DNA of 64,000 bases from Mobula hypostoma. Its lineage: Eukaryota. This document shows positions 47,094 through 59,894 of the stretch, in pieces. The stretch lies in the NCBI RefSeq assembly GCF_963921235.1, contig NC_086097.1, forward strand, positions 81,160,001-81,224,000, written 5' to 3'. Under the pieces are notes generated by a model. That model made no database searches, was not told where the DNA came from, and was given only the letters and a program-made list of their open reading frames with translations. Position 1 is the stretch's first letter, and every line of letters begins with the position of its first letter. A program made the translations under genes and the position numbers.

Positions 47094-50050
47094 GACAGTG
47101 ACCCCACCCTGGCTTCCGTGACCCTCGACCAAAGCGCTCCCCACCAGCTCGCAAGGTCAATGATGGACATCCTGGTAGAGGGGCACAGAACAAGCTGCCT
47201 GTTTGACACAGGCAGCACGGAGAGTTTTATCCACCCGGCCACAGTGCAGCATTGTGGACTCATGATACGGCCGGTAAGTCGGAGGGTCACCATGGCCTCC
47301 AGGTCACATACAACAGACATCCGGGGTGGTTGTGTAGCGACACTAGTGGTGCAGGGCACAGAATATCGGGACTTTACGTTACTGGTCTTGCCTCAACTGT
47401 GTGCCCCTGTGCTGTTGGGGTTGGACTTCCAGAGCCACCTGAAAAGCGTGACAATGAAGTATGATGGGCCCCTCCCGCCAATTACTGTCATAAATCCCGT
47501 TTTGTAGAGATATGTCACGTACCCCGCTACTGACCACACACACACACCGATCCGCGCATCCCACCCAACATCATGCCAACTGCCACACTACCGACACCAC
47601 TTGCGGCCTCTCCACCCTCAGGATCCCTCCCCCACCGCTGTTCGCCAACCTGACCCCTGACTGTAAACCTGTGGCAACTAAAAGCAGGAGGTACAGTGCT
47701 GGGGGACAGAGCTTTCATTAAGTCGGAGGTGCAGCGGCTGCTCAGGGAGGGAGTCATTGAGGCAAGCACAAGTCCTTGGAGGGCGCAGGTGGTGGTTGTT
47801 CGGCACGGGGAGAAGAATAGGATGGTCGTGGACTATAGCCAGACCATCAATAGGTTCATGCAGCTCGACGCGTACCCTCTACCCCGCATCGCGGATATGG
47901 TCAATCAGATAGCACAGTACAAGGTGTACTCGACCATAGACCTAAAATCCGCTTACCATCAGCTCCCCATCTGCCGGGAGGACTGCCCTTACACTGCCTT
48001 CGAGGCGGACGGCAGGCTTTATCAATTCCTACGCGTCCCCTTTGGTGTCATGAATGGTGTATCTGTCTTCCAGAGGGAAATGGACTGGATGGTGGACCAG
48101 TGCCAACTGAAGACCACGTTCCCATATCTGGATAACATCACCACCTGCGGTCACGACCAGCAGGATCACAACAACCTCCAAAAATTTCTCCAAGCGGCCA
48201 AATCTTTCAACCTCACCTATAACGAGGACAAGTGTGTACTTGGGACCACCCGACTTGCTATCCTTGGGTGTGTCGTGGAGAATGGAGTCATTGGCCCTGA
48301 CCCCGACCGTATGCGCCCCTTGTTGGAACTCCCTCTTCCCAATACCCTCAGAGCCCTCAGAAGGTGCCTGGGCTTCTTTTCATATTAAGCCCAATGGGTC
48401 TCTAACTATGCAGACAAGGCCCGCCCCCTGGTCAAGTCCACCACATTCCCCCTCTCTGCCGAGGCCCACGTGGCCTTCAACCGCATAAAAGGGGACATTG
48501 CCAAAGCAGCAATGCATGCGGTGGATGAGGCCATTCCCTTCCAAGTAGAGAGTGACGCCTCCGACTTTGCGCTGGCTGCTACCCTCAACCAGGCAGGAAG
48601 ACCAGTGGCGTTCTTCTCCCGTACCCTTCAAGGCCCTGAAATTCGGCACTCTGCGGTAGAGAAAGAGGCCCAGGCCATAGTGGAAGCTATAAGGCACTGG
48701 AGGCACTATCTTGCCGGCAAAAGGTTCACCCTGCTAACTGACCAGCGCTCAGTTGCATTCATGTTTAATAATCAGCAGCGGAGCAAAATTAAAAATGATA
48801 AAATTCTGGGGTGGAGAATCAAACTCTCCACCTACAACTATGACATCATGTACAGGCCTGGGAAGCTCAACGAGCCCTCCGATGCCCTATCCCGGGGAAC
48901 ATGCGCCAGCGCGCAGATCGACCGGCTATACGCCCTACATGTAGACCTTTACCACCCGGGAGTCACCCGGCTTTTCCACTTCGTGAAAGCCCGGAACCTG
49001 CCTTACTCCCTTGAGGAGATCAGGATGATGACCAGGGACTGCCAAGTCTGCGCAGAATGCAAACCGCACTTCTACCAACCCGAAAAGGCACCACTCATCA
49101 AGGCCACCCGCCCCTTTGAGCGACTGAGTGTTGACTTTAAGGGCCCCCTTCCCTCCATCGACCGCAACGTGTACTTTCTTAACGTAATAGACGAGTACTC
49201 GCGGTTCCCCTTCCCCATCCCCTGCCCCGACACCACTACCACGTCAGTTATAAAAGCCCTGCGCAAGCTCTTCACTCTGTTCGGATACCCATGCTATATC
49301 CACAGTGACAGAGGGTCCTCGTTTATGAGTGACGAGCTGCGCCAATATCTACTGACTAGGGGAATTGCAACCAGTAGGACCACGAGCTATAATCCCCAGG
49401 GGAATGGACAGGTAGAGAAGGAGAATGGCACAGTGTGGAAAGCCACACTCTTAGCCCTCAGGTCAAAGGGACTGCCGGTCTCCAGCTGACAGGAGGTCCT
49501 TCCCGAGGCACTCCACTCCATCTGCTCCCTGTTATGCACAGCCACCAATGCCACCCCTCATGAGCGGCTCTTTTCTTTTCCCAGAAAATCGACCACTGGG
49601 ACCACCCTACCATCTTGGCTGAAATCCCCGGGGCCAGTGCTGCTCCGGAAACATGCGAGGAGCAATAAATACTCCCCGATAGTCGAGAGGGTCCACTTAC
49701 TTCATGCGAACCCCCAGTATGCCTACGTGGTTTTACCTGATGGGCGGGAGGACACGGTCTCCATCTGCGACCTGGCACCCGCAGGAGCTCCGGGCCCCTA
49801 CCCTGAGCACTCCGTGGTGACTATTGACCCCGTACCCACCAATGTATGTACCTACGAGACACCGTGCACCCCAAACCCTATACAGACACCACACAACACT
49901 CCCATACCGGGCGCGACGCACACGCACGAGGGATTATCAACGCCTAACGTGCTGGCACCTGAAGTCAGGCCGGAGCCAGCACAACCGCCGTCGCCGGTGC
50001 TACGTAGATCACAGCGACGGACTCGACCGCCTGACAGACTTAACCTGTAA
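47094..50050 (+). pseudogene. pol: Pol: aspartic protease, RT, RNase H, integrase
   Basis: LFDTGS; SPWRAQVVVV, DLKSAYHQL, PFGVMNG, YLDN; ESDASD, EKEAQAI, TDQRS; H-x4-H...CQVC, VDFKGPLP, HSDRGSSF, NGQVEKEN. Frameshifts near 47500 and 47700; in-frame stops at 48386 and 49487. Confidence 0.95.
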
Positions 50051-50102
50051 ATATACTTCTTGTAAATATTGTCAGTCACTTCACCCCGCGGGACTCTTTT
50101 TT

Positions 50103-50118
50103 AAAAAGGAGGGGTGAA
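50103..50118 (+). promoter_or_regulatory. Polypurine tract
   Basis: AAAAAGGAGGGGTGAA directly before the 3' LTR. Confidence 0.88.
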
Positions 50119-50347
50119 TGTGGTAAACCATGTATATATGTTGTAACTAGGTTACCTGTCTGGACACACACCTCTGCTGACTGCCCCTGTGGCTCCTCCC
50201 ACAGAGTCCTGTATAAAGGTGTTCGCCTTGCCCCTCCCCCTCAGTCCGGGGGCAGACACTCACTGTGGAGGTCACATTGTACAGCGAATAAAAGCCTTTC
50301 AGTATTTTACCAAACCTCAGCCTTTTGGAGTAATTGAAGGTGCTTCA
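50119..50347 (+). repeat. 3' LTR
   Basis: Gap-free match to the 5' LTR with 8 substitutions in 229 bp by my count. Confidence 0.97.
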
Positions 50348-51914
50348 ACCAGGCTGATTCCAGAGAAGAGGGGGTAGCCTATGAGGAGTGATTGAGTCAC
50401 CTGGGATAATTCTCACTGGAATTCAGAAGAGTAAGAGGGCATCTTATCAAAACATATACAATTATGAAAGTAATAGATAAGATAGAGACGGGCAAGTTAT
50501 TTCCGCTGGTAGTTGAGACAAGATTCAGGGGAGTACGAGGTTTAGGATAGAGATGAAGAGGAACTGCTTTTCTCAGAGAGTAGCGAATCTGATATTCTCT
50601 GTCCAAGGAAGCTGCAGAGGCTACCTAAATCAATATGTTAAGAGACAGGTAGATAGATTTTTGCATAGTAGGGGAATTGAGGATTAGAGGGAAAAGTCAG
50701 GTGGATGAAGCTGAGTCCATGGCTAGATCAGCCATGATCTTATTGACTAGCAGAGCAGGCTTGCTGGACCAGATGGGCTACTCCTGCTCCTAGTTCTTAT
50801 ATTCCTATGAAAATCCAGAATTAACAATGGGAGAGAGTCATAACCCAATGCAGCTTCTGAAAAAAAAGGAGTAAAACAGAGAAAACAAAACATGCATGTC
50901 ATCTGAACTGGGCCTCATGCCTAAAGTTTATAATATCCAAGAACAAGAGCTCAAACAAAATTCAAGTGTATTCACATGCCTTGCACTCACCCATTAATAC
51001 ATCTCACAAGTCTGTGCTGTGCTCCATGTTCCATGATACAACCGAAAACAACAGATTGTCTCGGAATACTGGCTGCAGTCCATAGCCTGGGGATGTCAGC
51101 TGCCACTCGACTTGTCCCTTTTGTGTGTAAGGCTTCAGCACAGTTACACAGCGGGTGTTTGGCAGCAGTAGTCCCTAGTGCACTCTGAATTACAATGCAA
51201 TCCTTTATCACAACACATTCCCCATAGAAGCTGCACTGTCAGGCAAAAACACTGCTGTCATTCACTGCCAGTCCAATAAAACTCACCTTTGTTTCCCTCA
51301 AAGTTTGAATGCATACTAGAAGGAAGCATCTGATTGTGTAATATAGCTTTCTTCTCTAGGCTGGTCTCATCTATTTTAAAACTGCCTGGCCTGTTTGTTA
51401 TCCTAATTACTGGAAATTCCGAGACTGTAAAAAATGACTTTTCTAAAGTGTAAAGTTAAAAACTGCAAAGAGAAATTAAGAAAGCTCTTTGTGGAATATC
51501 ATTCACATTTCAGGGTTATGAGCAATAAATGACGTTGCTTTTCCTTCACAACACTTAAAGGAAATTCAGAGTAAACTAAAAAACGGCCGGAATTACCAAG
51601 TTGTCTTGGCACAACATATGCAACTGCACAAAACATAAATTTTCTGGCTTTCTGTTAGTAAATTTACATAAAACAAAAATCCCTTGGTATTTCTCAAAAT
51701 TTCGGATTATATACTTCCTTTAAATACTAAAATGCTGGATTGATGCAACTCCAACAAACACTCACCGTTCAATGTTCAGCTGGAGACACTGCTGGCCAAA
51801 CAACAGAATGGGGTGGGTGCGTGAGCTGCACGAATGTTTCATGAACAACATTATCAGTAATTCTGCAGCAAGGGCTAACAGATAACATGGGATTAGAGTA
51901 GATTGGGTCGACTC

Positions 51915-52358
51915 TATTGGTAGAGTTGATTGCCTCACCGCCTGGTATGTGGACTCCAGTGCAAAGATTTGGAAGGGACTACAGGGGGTTGTAGACTCAT
52001 TCTGCTCCATTACAGACACAACTCTCTGTACCATCGATGACACTTACAAAATGTGGTGCCTCGAGAAGGCAGCATCCATCATTAAAGACCTCCACGATCT
52101 GGTATAGGCTTAAATTTCATTACTGCCATCATGGAGCTAAAGGCTCACACCCGATATTTTAGGAACAGATTCTTCCCAGATGGCATCAGATTTCTGAATG
52201 GTCCATGAACACTACCTCACAATTACTCTTTTATACTATTTCTTTTATACTATTTATTTATTTTAACTTACAGTAATTGTTATGTTTTGTACTGTAGTGC
52301 CACTACAAAACAGCTAATTTCACAACATATGTCAGTGATAATAGACTTGATTTGATTG
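51915..52358 (+). mobile_element. Rex1/Babar-type LINE 3' end, degraded
   Basis: tgcctcgagaaggcagcatccatcattaaagacc...catatgtcagtgataatagacttgatttgatt, as in 40918-41340. Confidence 0.75.
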
Positions 52359-52409
52359 TCCAACTGCCAATTCAGACCTCTGACAGCTCCTTGCTTTGAA
52401 TAGCCAGAG

Positions 52410-52950
52410 ATATGAATGTTGCTGGCAAGGCTGAAACCTGCTCTTCAATTCCTGAAATGAGAATCTTGCCAGGAGCCTGCTACATTGCTGGGTCAATGAT
52501 AGCAGATTTCATTCCCTCAAGGATAGTAATGAATAAGAGGGTTTCATTAAGCAGCAGTCCGCTAGTTTTATGGTCACTGTTACTGATTTTGTTTTACATT
52601 CTAGAATTATTTATTAGCTTTAGTTTTAATTCCCCAGGGCTGTGATGAAATTTGTTCAGTCTCCTGTCTTATAGTCCACATCTCTTGATAGTGGCTCAAC
52701 AATTAAACCCTAGGCCTGGATGAAAACCTGCCACGGAAGACAGAAAATTTAAATTCAGCTGATAAACTGGAATGTAGAAAAATAACTAGATTTAATAACA
52801 ATGACTGCAAAACTCCAGGATTTTTGGAAAATCCCACCTGGTTCATCAAGGCCAGACGAGGGAGAAAATATTCCATCATTGCTGGATCTATATACAGTAC
52901 ATGATTCCACATCCCACAGTATTGTGGGCTATTCAGCTAATACCCAAACA
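52410..52950. mobile_element. Two ancient SINE remnants in head-to-head orientation (possibly Deu-domain/SacSINE-like)
   Basis: ttttaattccccagggctgtgatgaaatttg (left) and cctgccacggaagacagaaaatttaaattcag (right) are roughly inverted; family assignment is from memory only. Confidence 0.4.
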
Positions 52951-53149
52951 GCTACATTAAAGCAGAAAAAGAGAAAAAAAAAATCGACTGTCCACCCAGT
53001 ATCCACCTCAGCACTAAATTCAGGTGTGGTAAGGTCACTCCACAGGGGCAACCCTGAGCTTTCTGTTGCCTACCACTTGAATTATCCATCTCAACATCAC
53101 AAAATTCATCTCAATTCACTCCACATTTTATCAAGAAACTCCTGAGAGC

Positions 53150-54520
53150 ACTGTATAAGGCAAAAGTAATATGATCTGACAAATTCTTGGTTGTACAATT
53201 GAAGACATGCTTCAGAACTGGCTTTGAATCCATTTATAACCTGGTCACAAATTAAAGGACAAAGCCAATTCAGCTAAGTATCACCTGATCAATCTATTAT
53301 CAGTAAACAGTGAAATGTTGGAAACTGTCATCAACAGCACTTCAAAATGGCACTTACATAGCAAAAAACTACTCAACAAAGCTCTTTGGTTTGCCAGGAC
53401 CACTTCGCTTCAGACCACTTCATAGCCTTGGGACAAACAATGAACTCCACAGGTGAGGTGAGGTGAGAATGACTGCCCTCGACATTAATGCAACACTTGA
53501 CCAAATGTGGCATCAAAAACCCTTGGTCATCCAAAGTTGGTGGACAACAGGGAAATTATTCTAGTGGCTGGAATCATACCACGCACAAGGAAAGATGCTG
53601 GAAGTTAATCATCCCAGATGCCTCTGCAACTAAAGTTCCTCACGCCAGTACAAAATCCAACTCTTCATCAGCGGCTACTTTATTAACGCCCTTCATTCCT
53701 TCATTTAGTCATAAGTGGGTTTGTTAGCTGATGAGTGCTCAACATTCAATTCCATTCAAAACTCCTCATTCAAATGATATAGCCCATCCCTGGATGTAGT
53801 AAAACACAGACACAATTAGAAGTAGCAATTCGTAGCACAAAAATATCAGGCAATGGCTATCTCCAGCAGGAGAGTTTAACTGGGGCGGCGCGGGGGCTTA
53901 ACACTTTACAGTGTTAATGACTGAGATTCAGTTCCTGCCGCTGTCTGCAAGGAGCTTGTATGTGTTCTCTGTGACTGCGTGGGTTTCCTACGGTTTCCTC
54001 CTACCTTCCAAAGATGTGCGTTCGAGCTCAGTTGTGGGCAGGCTGTGTTAGTGCCAGAAGCATGTGACACTTGTGGGCAGCCCCCAGCACATCCACAGAC
54101 TGTGTTGATGAAAACGACACATTTCACTGTACGTTTGACGTACATGTGACAAATAAAGCTCATCTTCAAATTAATCAATGGCAGTACCGTCATCAGGTTC
54201 CACCAACAATATTGTGAGTTTCAGCAGCTACCAGAAAGTCTCCTGAAGCAGCCATATACAGTAAAGTAGCATGGCTACAGGAGCAGGTCAGAGCATTAGT
54301 TTCCTCTGCAGACTGACTGACACCTCATAGCTTTTATAGCACCTATAGTCGATATCAAGAATATGATGGATGTTGCCTGCACAGTCCAACAATTCTCAAG
54401 AAGCTCAGTGTCATCCAGGAGAACGCAGCCTGGTTGATTGACTCTGTGTTAAACAATCACTTCTTACACTACCTATGCACAATGACAGCAATGCAACAGA
54501 TACCTGGCAATTACTCCCAC
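53150..54520 (+). mobile_element. Ancient CR1-group LINE RT remnant, interrupted by a V-SINE
   Basis: aaaggacaaagccaattcagctaagtatcacctgatcaatcta (NY.PI.L-like) and EVRMTALDINATLDQMWH (ALD..AFD.VWH-like). Confidence 0.55.
53882..54168 (+). mobile_element. V-domain SINE with Rex1-like tail
   Basis: gactgcgtgggtttcc..cggtttcctcc.accttccaaagatgtgc V-core; tail atttcactgtacgtttgacgtacatgtgacaaataaagctcatctt. Confidence 0.8.
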
Positions 54521-55754
54521 AGCAACTATTATGCTACATACATTCTGGCTGGCAATGGTACAGACAGAATCTGCATTAATTCCAAATGAATTGCTTACCA
54601 CAGTTAATGTGAAAGCTGAAAAGTATAATAGAGTACCTGTTACATAATATGAAGTTATGATACATGAGATTATATATGATAGACAACTTTTCTTTTGGGA
54701 AATTGTGGTCTGACCAATAGGCACAGAAGACCTGTGGAATGTTGTAATGGAGAGGGAAGAAACGAGTCCACAATTTTCTTGCATCAATTTGCATAGCAGG
54801 AAAGGAGGCTGGACTGAAAAGACCAGCCACAAGGACAGGGATATTTTAACTACTGCCAAAGACAGCTGACATAAGACTGAGGCATCCAAGGAGAAGCCAA
54901 GGTTGGTGGGATGTGGTTATAATGCAAGCCTGTTTTCCATTACTGAGGTTCCAGCATCAGAGTCCAAAGCAGAGGACATCCCTCCAAAATAGAAACACAA
55001 GTTAATTGGGATGTGGGATCTTTCTCCAAGATCTGCCCATTCATGCAAGACCCGAAAACACAGTTTTAACAAGGTCAAGGTTTAAAATATGACACAAAGT
55101 TATCAAAGGAGATGTTTTCTCTTTCACTGGAAAACAGCGGATCTCTGGAATAGACTGTTATTTGGTACAACGTTACCAACTAACAAAGTTCCTGAGGATA
55201 TGGCCAGTTCTGACTAGGTCAGTGAATCTCCAATACAAATAATGGCCATCGCAAATAATTAGGATTCGATGTTAAATTAGCTTAATGCTGTCAATCTTTC
55301 TCCTTCCCCCCCCCACCAAGATTTGCCTAACTTGTTTAAACTTCAATCTCCTTTACTTTACCCATGACCAATGGTGGTTAAAGTTTGTATATGTGGTAGG
55401 TCTGATGGACCAGAAAGTGTGTCACTTATCCATTAACTTGATAATGCACCATTTGGCTCTCCAGCCAAGTTTCTTTTCCAAAGCCCTTGGACTGATCATT
55501 GCTCACTGCAGAGAGAACCCTCCCCAGTGGTCTATCCATAAACACTACGCTTGATGCAGCCACTGTGTCCAAATACAGCATAAGGTCCAACACAATCCAT
55601 CACCTTTTCTTGCACAACTCCTTTACCCAAATACAGCTGCTTGGCAGCTCAGTTGCAAATGTACGCTAGTGTGAAACTGTAATCATTTCTTCCTCTTCTG
55701 TTTAGTACAAACTGGGCTTTAAATAAAACAGCAGGGAGTACCCTGACACTGATT

Positions 55755-55942
55755 CTGCAGGTGCTGAAAATCTTGAGTAACACACAGAAAATGCTGGAGA
55801 AACTCAGCAAGTCAGGCAGTATCTACGGAAGGAGATAAACAGTTGATATTTCATGTGAGGTCCTGATGAAGGGTCTTGGTCTGAAGTATCCACTGGTTAT
55901 TTCCTTACATAGAAACTACCTTCTGAGATGCTCCAGCATATT
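55755..55942. repeat. Fold-back PLE-terminal-repeat derivative
   Basis: Left arm aaaatgctggagaaactcagc..ggcagtatcta; centre gtcctgatgaagggtcttggtctgaag; right arm inverted (..ctgagatgctccagcat). Confidence 0.7.
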
Positions 55943-57507
55943 GAGGAAGTACCCAGACTACATTACACAAATATTTCCAATGCTCTTTGGCATTCATAAC
56001 AAAAAATGTTTAAAGAAACAGTCTATATGATGAAGGCTCTGGTTAAAAATTCTCCCTGAGGTTAGTTGATGTTTAAACCAGTTAGACTGTAACATGTTAT
56101 TGAATGGACAGTTTTCATCCTGCTTTGTAGCTGTGACTCTGCCAAACTCGAGCTCACCATTCTGCCTCACTAAAACTACTGACCATTTACATTGTTTTTT
56201 GATGATTTTGACCATTTTTCTATTTGCTTTCAGCCCATCTATAGCTTTGTGATGAAATCTCAAAGATTGAACATCACATGAACCCTTGCTTAACAGTCTC
56301 TGCAGAACTTGGTACAGGTTATATCATTGCTACCGGCAGATACTTTTCCTCAAATGAAACATAAGGGATGACATTATTATGCTTTGTTTTGCAGACAGAG
56401 AAATGCACCCATGCAAGAAATGCTGTTTCATCCCTTGTAATAAATATTCTCAATATTCAGTGGAATTCTGTGTTCTCTTTCTATGGTATCTATGGATTTT
56501 AACAGTCTTGGGCCCTCTATAAGTCATCATTATCATGAACTGAATTTGAGCAGTTTATAGTAATTGTTACAGACTTTGCTGCTCATAAAATCTTATTTAG
56601 ACTTATTTAACTTAGATTGCAATACCTTGGAATGCATCTGTAAACAGCTTTCTGGCAGCCATCTCCACTATTCACACTTGCAGAATTTTCCTGGAAATCA
56701 TGCGTTTCGTCTAACCTGCTTCAGTGTGTGGGAACACAATTATTTCTGCTGCCGTACAGCTCCGTGAACTCAGATTCTATCCTGATCTCAGGCATTTCTC
56801 TGTTTAGCTGCCATGTTCTACTTTTGACTGCACTCGGATTCTGCCAGATGCTCCACTTCCCCAAAGACAAGCTCGTTGGTAAATCATGCCCTAACTTCCT
56901 ACTGCAACGTACACCAGAATAGTTGGAAGTTAAGAGGATTGTGTTGGACAAGTTAACAACTGTGTGAAAGTGAATAGATCATAAGGAAAATAAACTGTGA
57001 AATAGAAAATGATGGGGTGGTTTGAGAACTGACGCAGACATAATGGACCAGATGGCTACTTGGCCTCTCAAGTAAATATGGGAAACATAAAATGATATGA
57101 CTGCCATAATTATTTATGGTCAATGTTCTAAACACTAGGCATAATCTCTAAAATAATTATCAGAATCCTACTTCCTCAATATACTGCTATGTGCTAGAAA
57201 CATCTGTTACTTATGAAGCTAGGAAGAGAGAATTTAATTCAAGTAGAAAATTGAATCGAGGAGGGAAGATATCAGAACGGGGAATGAACAAGAAAATAAA
57301 GGGGAGATTTATACCTTAAATTCACAACTTTTTTGTATGACCTTGCTAGAAAGCCACAACATAGAGTTTACAATTCTAGGAAAAAATAAGTGATCCTTGC
57401 CTGAAATAAATGGGCATAAGTGACTGCTCGATCATGAAAGCTCACCTTAAGCTCAGAGCTCTAATGGCTGGATGCCAATCATATCAGTTGGATAAGAAAC
57501 ATAACAT

Positions 57508-57665
57508 AAAAGCAGAAAATGCTGCAGAGTCTCAGCAAACTGAGCACCATCTATTAAAGAGTACCAAAGTTAACACATCAAGTTGAAGACCATTTTATTC
57601 CCCACAGGTGCTGTTGATCTGCGGAGCATTTCAGCATTTTCTGTTTTTATTTCACATTTCCACCA
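57508..57665. repeat. Old fold-back PLE-terminal-repeat derivative
   Basis: Inverted arms aaagcagaaaatgctg ... cagcattttctgtttt. Confidence 0.55.
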
Positions 57666-59894
57666 CCTTGAGCTTTTATTCTATTTTTGGGGAATAAGTG
57701 CACGTTAACTTAAACCACAGAGGTACATTACATTATCATTATGTCAGATGTTTGTAAAATTCACACTGATTTGTTGGAAGATGCAGACCTGCAGTTAACA
57801 TTCATGGAAGAAGATGAAATGGCTGTTAAAGAAGCAAATGAAAAGAAAGGAAACAAAAGCAAGGAAGTAATGGCAACCTTTTGTAAAAACTGGCACAGCC
57901 TCCACTGAGGCATGGATCAGGTCTGGACAGCAGATTTCAATGTGCATATCAAGTTGTGCAAGAGCAGTTATAAAGCTTGAGGGAATGGCAAAGAGAATAA
58001 AAGACTTGATTTCCTTGGGAGACTTTAAAAGTGACATTGTTCTACCAAGGACAGCGAGCACTCAGGTGACAGAAGCATTCAAAGTCATGATCATTTTATC
58101 TGTAGTAAGGAAAAACTGATTCTACTAACAGGACAGTCAGCTACCAGAGGATTCAGGTTTAAGGTGATTACAAAAGAACCACAGCTGACGTGGAGGGAGA
58201 TAAACACTGAGATGTTGCGATCTGAAAAGACAGTTGAAGATTATGCAATTTTCACTTTCTAAAGAGAGTTGGTAAACACTAATATTTTAACATTTTCAGC
58301 CTCTGGTACTAACATCAACACAGCTGCACAAGTAGCACAACAGCTATCGGCCAGAGGTGATGAGGATGGGGAGGCAGGTGAATAGTGGAACATAAAAAAT
58401 AGGAACAAGCCTTTTCAGAACGCTTCACCATTCAACAGCAGAGCTGATATTCTACTTCAACGGCATTTTTCTGCCCACTTACATTTCCTGAGACCTCTTC
58501 CAAAATCCAGAAATTTATTATTCTTAGTTTTAAATGTAAATAATGACAGAGCCTTTAAATCCCTCACTACAGAAAATTCCGAAGATTCAGTAGTTTGTAT
58601 GTGTGAAGAAAACTCTCCTCACTTGTACAACTATTTGTCACTCTTTTATTTTGAGACTGTGACCTCCCTAGTCCTCAGCCAGGAGTAACTGTCTCCATCT
58701 GCACCTCGCACCCACGCCCTCACCTCTCTCCCATCCAATTTTCTAGTAGCTGCTTTGAATTTATCAGGACACACTGATCTGGACAGCAAGTTTTAAACTT
58801 TTATTCAAACGTGCCTTTTTACCTCCTACCTAATCCAATATTTTTTTTGCGAGATTCTCCTTTGTACCTGATTTGACACTGATTCACGCGTTCTAGCCTA
58901 GAGTTCCACCTTATTTCTTGCACTATATCACAGTCATTCAGCCTGAGTGAGATTCAGATGAGTTTGGCCCCTCGTGAATACCTCTTTTTCATGCTGCAGC
59001 ATCATCAGCTTCCACTGTCTGCAAATGCCAAGCAAGGGTCTTAAAAGCTAAACTGTGTAAGGACATCTAAATGATTCAGCAACCAAATTTGAAGCATGGA
59101 TATTTTTAAATTAAGGGTTTCGTTATCACATCTGAAAACTTATTTATTCAAAATGGACTGGTGGTTAAATAAACAACCTTTTGCAACAACACTGATTTTT
59201 TTTATTGTGACACTAATGGCACTTTTATTTTGATGATGATCTCCCACTTACTTAGTTCAAAAATATGATTGGTGTAATACTTATAATAAAACAAAATCCC
59301 ACACGGTGTTGGGTGAAGACGATGAAGTTATGAAATTATTTATTTGATGATCAGAGTCTAAAAGAAGACACATCTTCCTGTCCACTCCACAGACTGCAAT
59401 GCAATCTAAACCCAGGTATGGAAGAAAACTTCTGCAGTATGAAGAGTTGACCTCAACTGTTCTTGCAGACCATAGACTCTGCATTAAGTTGAGTGTTTGA
59501 GGACAATCCCTGCATTCTACCTCGCTGAGCTGGATCAAAGCTGCAGAGGCAACACAGTGGATTTAGCAGAGAATTACAAATCTAGGATACTGTACAGGGG
59601 GTTCCTGGGTCACACAAGGGTTCTGTTTCTGAGACCAGTCCACAAACTGAGTTTTCTTTAAGTCAGAAATAAACAACTTGCCCCCAAATCATGTGAAATC
59701 TTAAGATGTGACAAAATTGGGGTGGGAGAAGTTGAGGTCAGCAATCTTTATAAGCAAGTGAACAGTGCATCTGAAAAGTTAGTCTGAATAGCACCTGGTC
59801 GAGTGATGAAAGGTGGGAGTTGGGAAGTGGGTAGCTGTTCTACTAATCAGAGAAGAAAGCTATTGTCAGTTTAAAACAAAGTGTGTTAAAAGAA

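Larger units (their letters stand above)
45879..50347 (+). mobile_element. Full-length Ty3/Gypsy LTR retrotransposon (Mag-like), 4469 bp, disrupted
   Basis: Two 229-bp TG...CA LTRs, 5-bp TSD ACCAG (45874-45878, 50348-50352), domain order gag-PR-RT-RH-IN, polypurine tract before the 3' LTR; the double zinc knuckle suggests the Mag group. Confidence 0.97.
44025..50810 (+). mobile_element. Old CR1 LINE hosting two nested insertions
   Basis: DLQKLFDEVLHKGLIHKI (44084-44185); resumes at 45350 (WSTNRRQRV); QRRFT|RLIPE is split exactly by the LTR element; CR1 tail at 50740-50810. Confidence 0.85.

Noticed and set aside
49637..50050. env or extra ORF in the Gypsy element
   Set aside because: In frame with integrase and ends in an LRRS.R...PP.RL tail; no signal peptide or transmembrane segment, and only ~70 bp remain before the 3' LTR.
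50991..51184. Minus-strand host exon (CAG...GG|GTGAGT, one open frame)
   Set aside because: Weak polypyrimidine tract, unrecognised peptide and no compatible neighbouring exons; needs RNA-seq.
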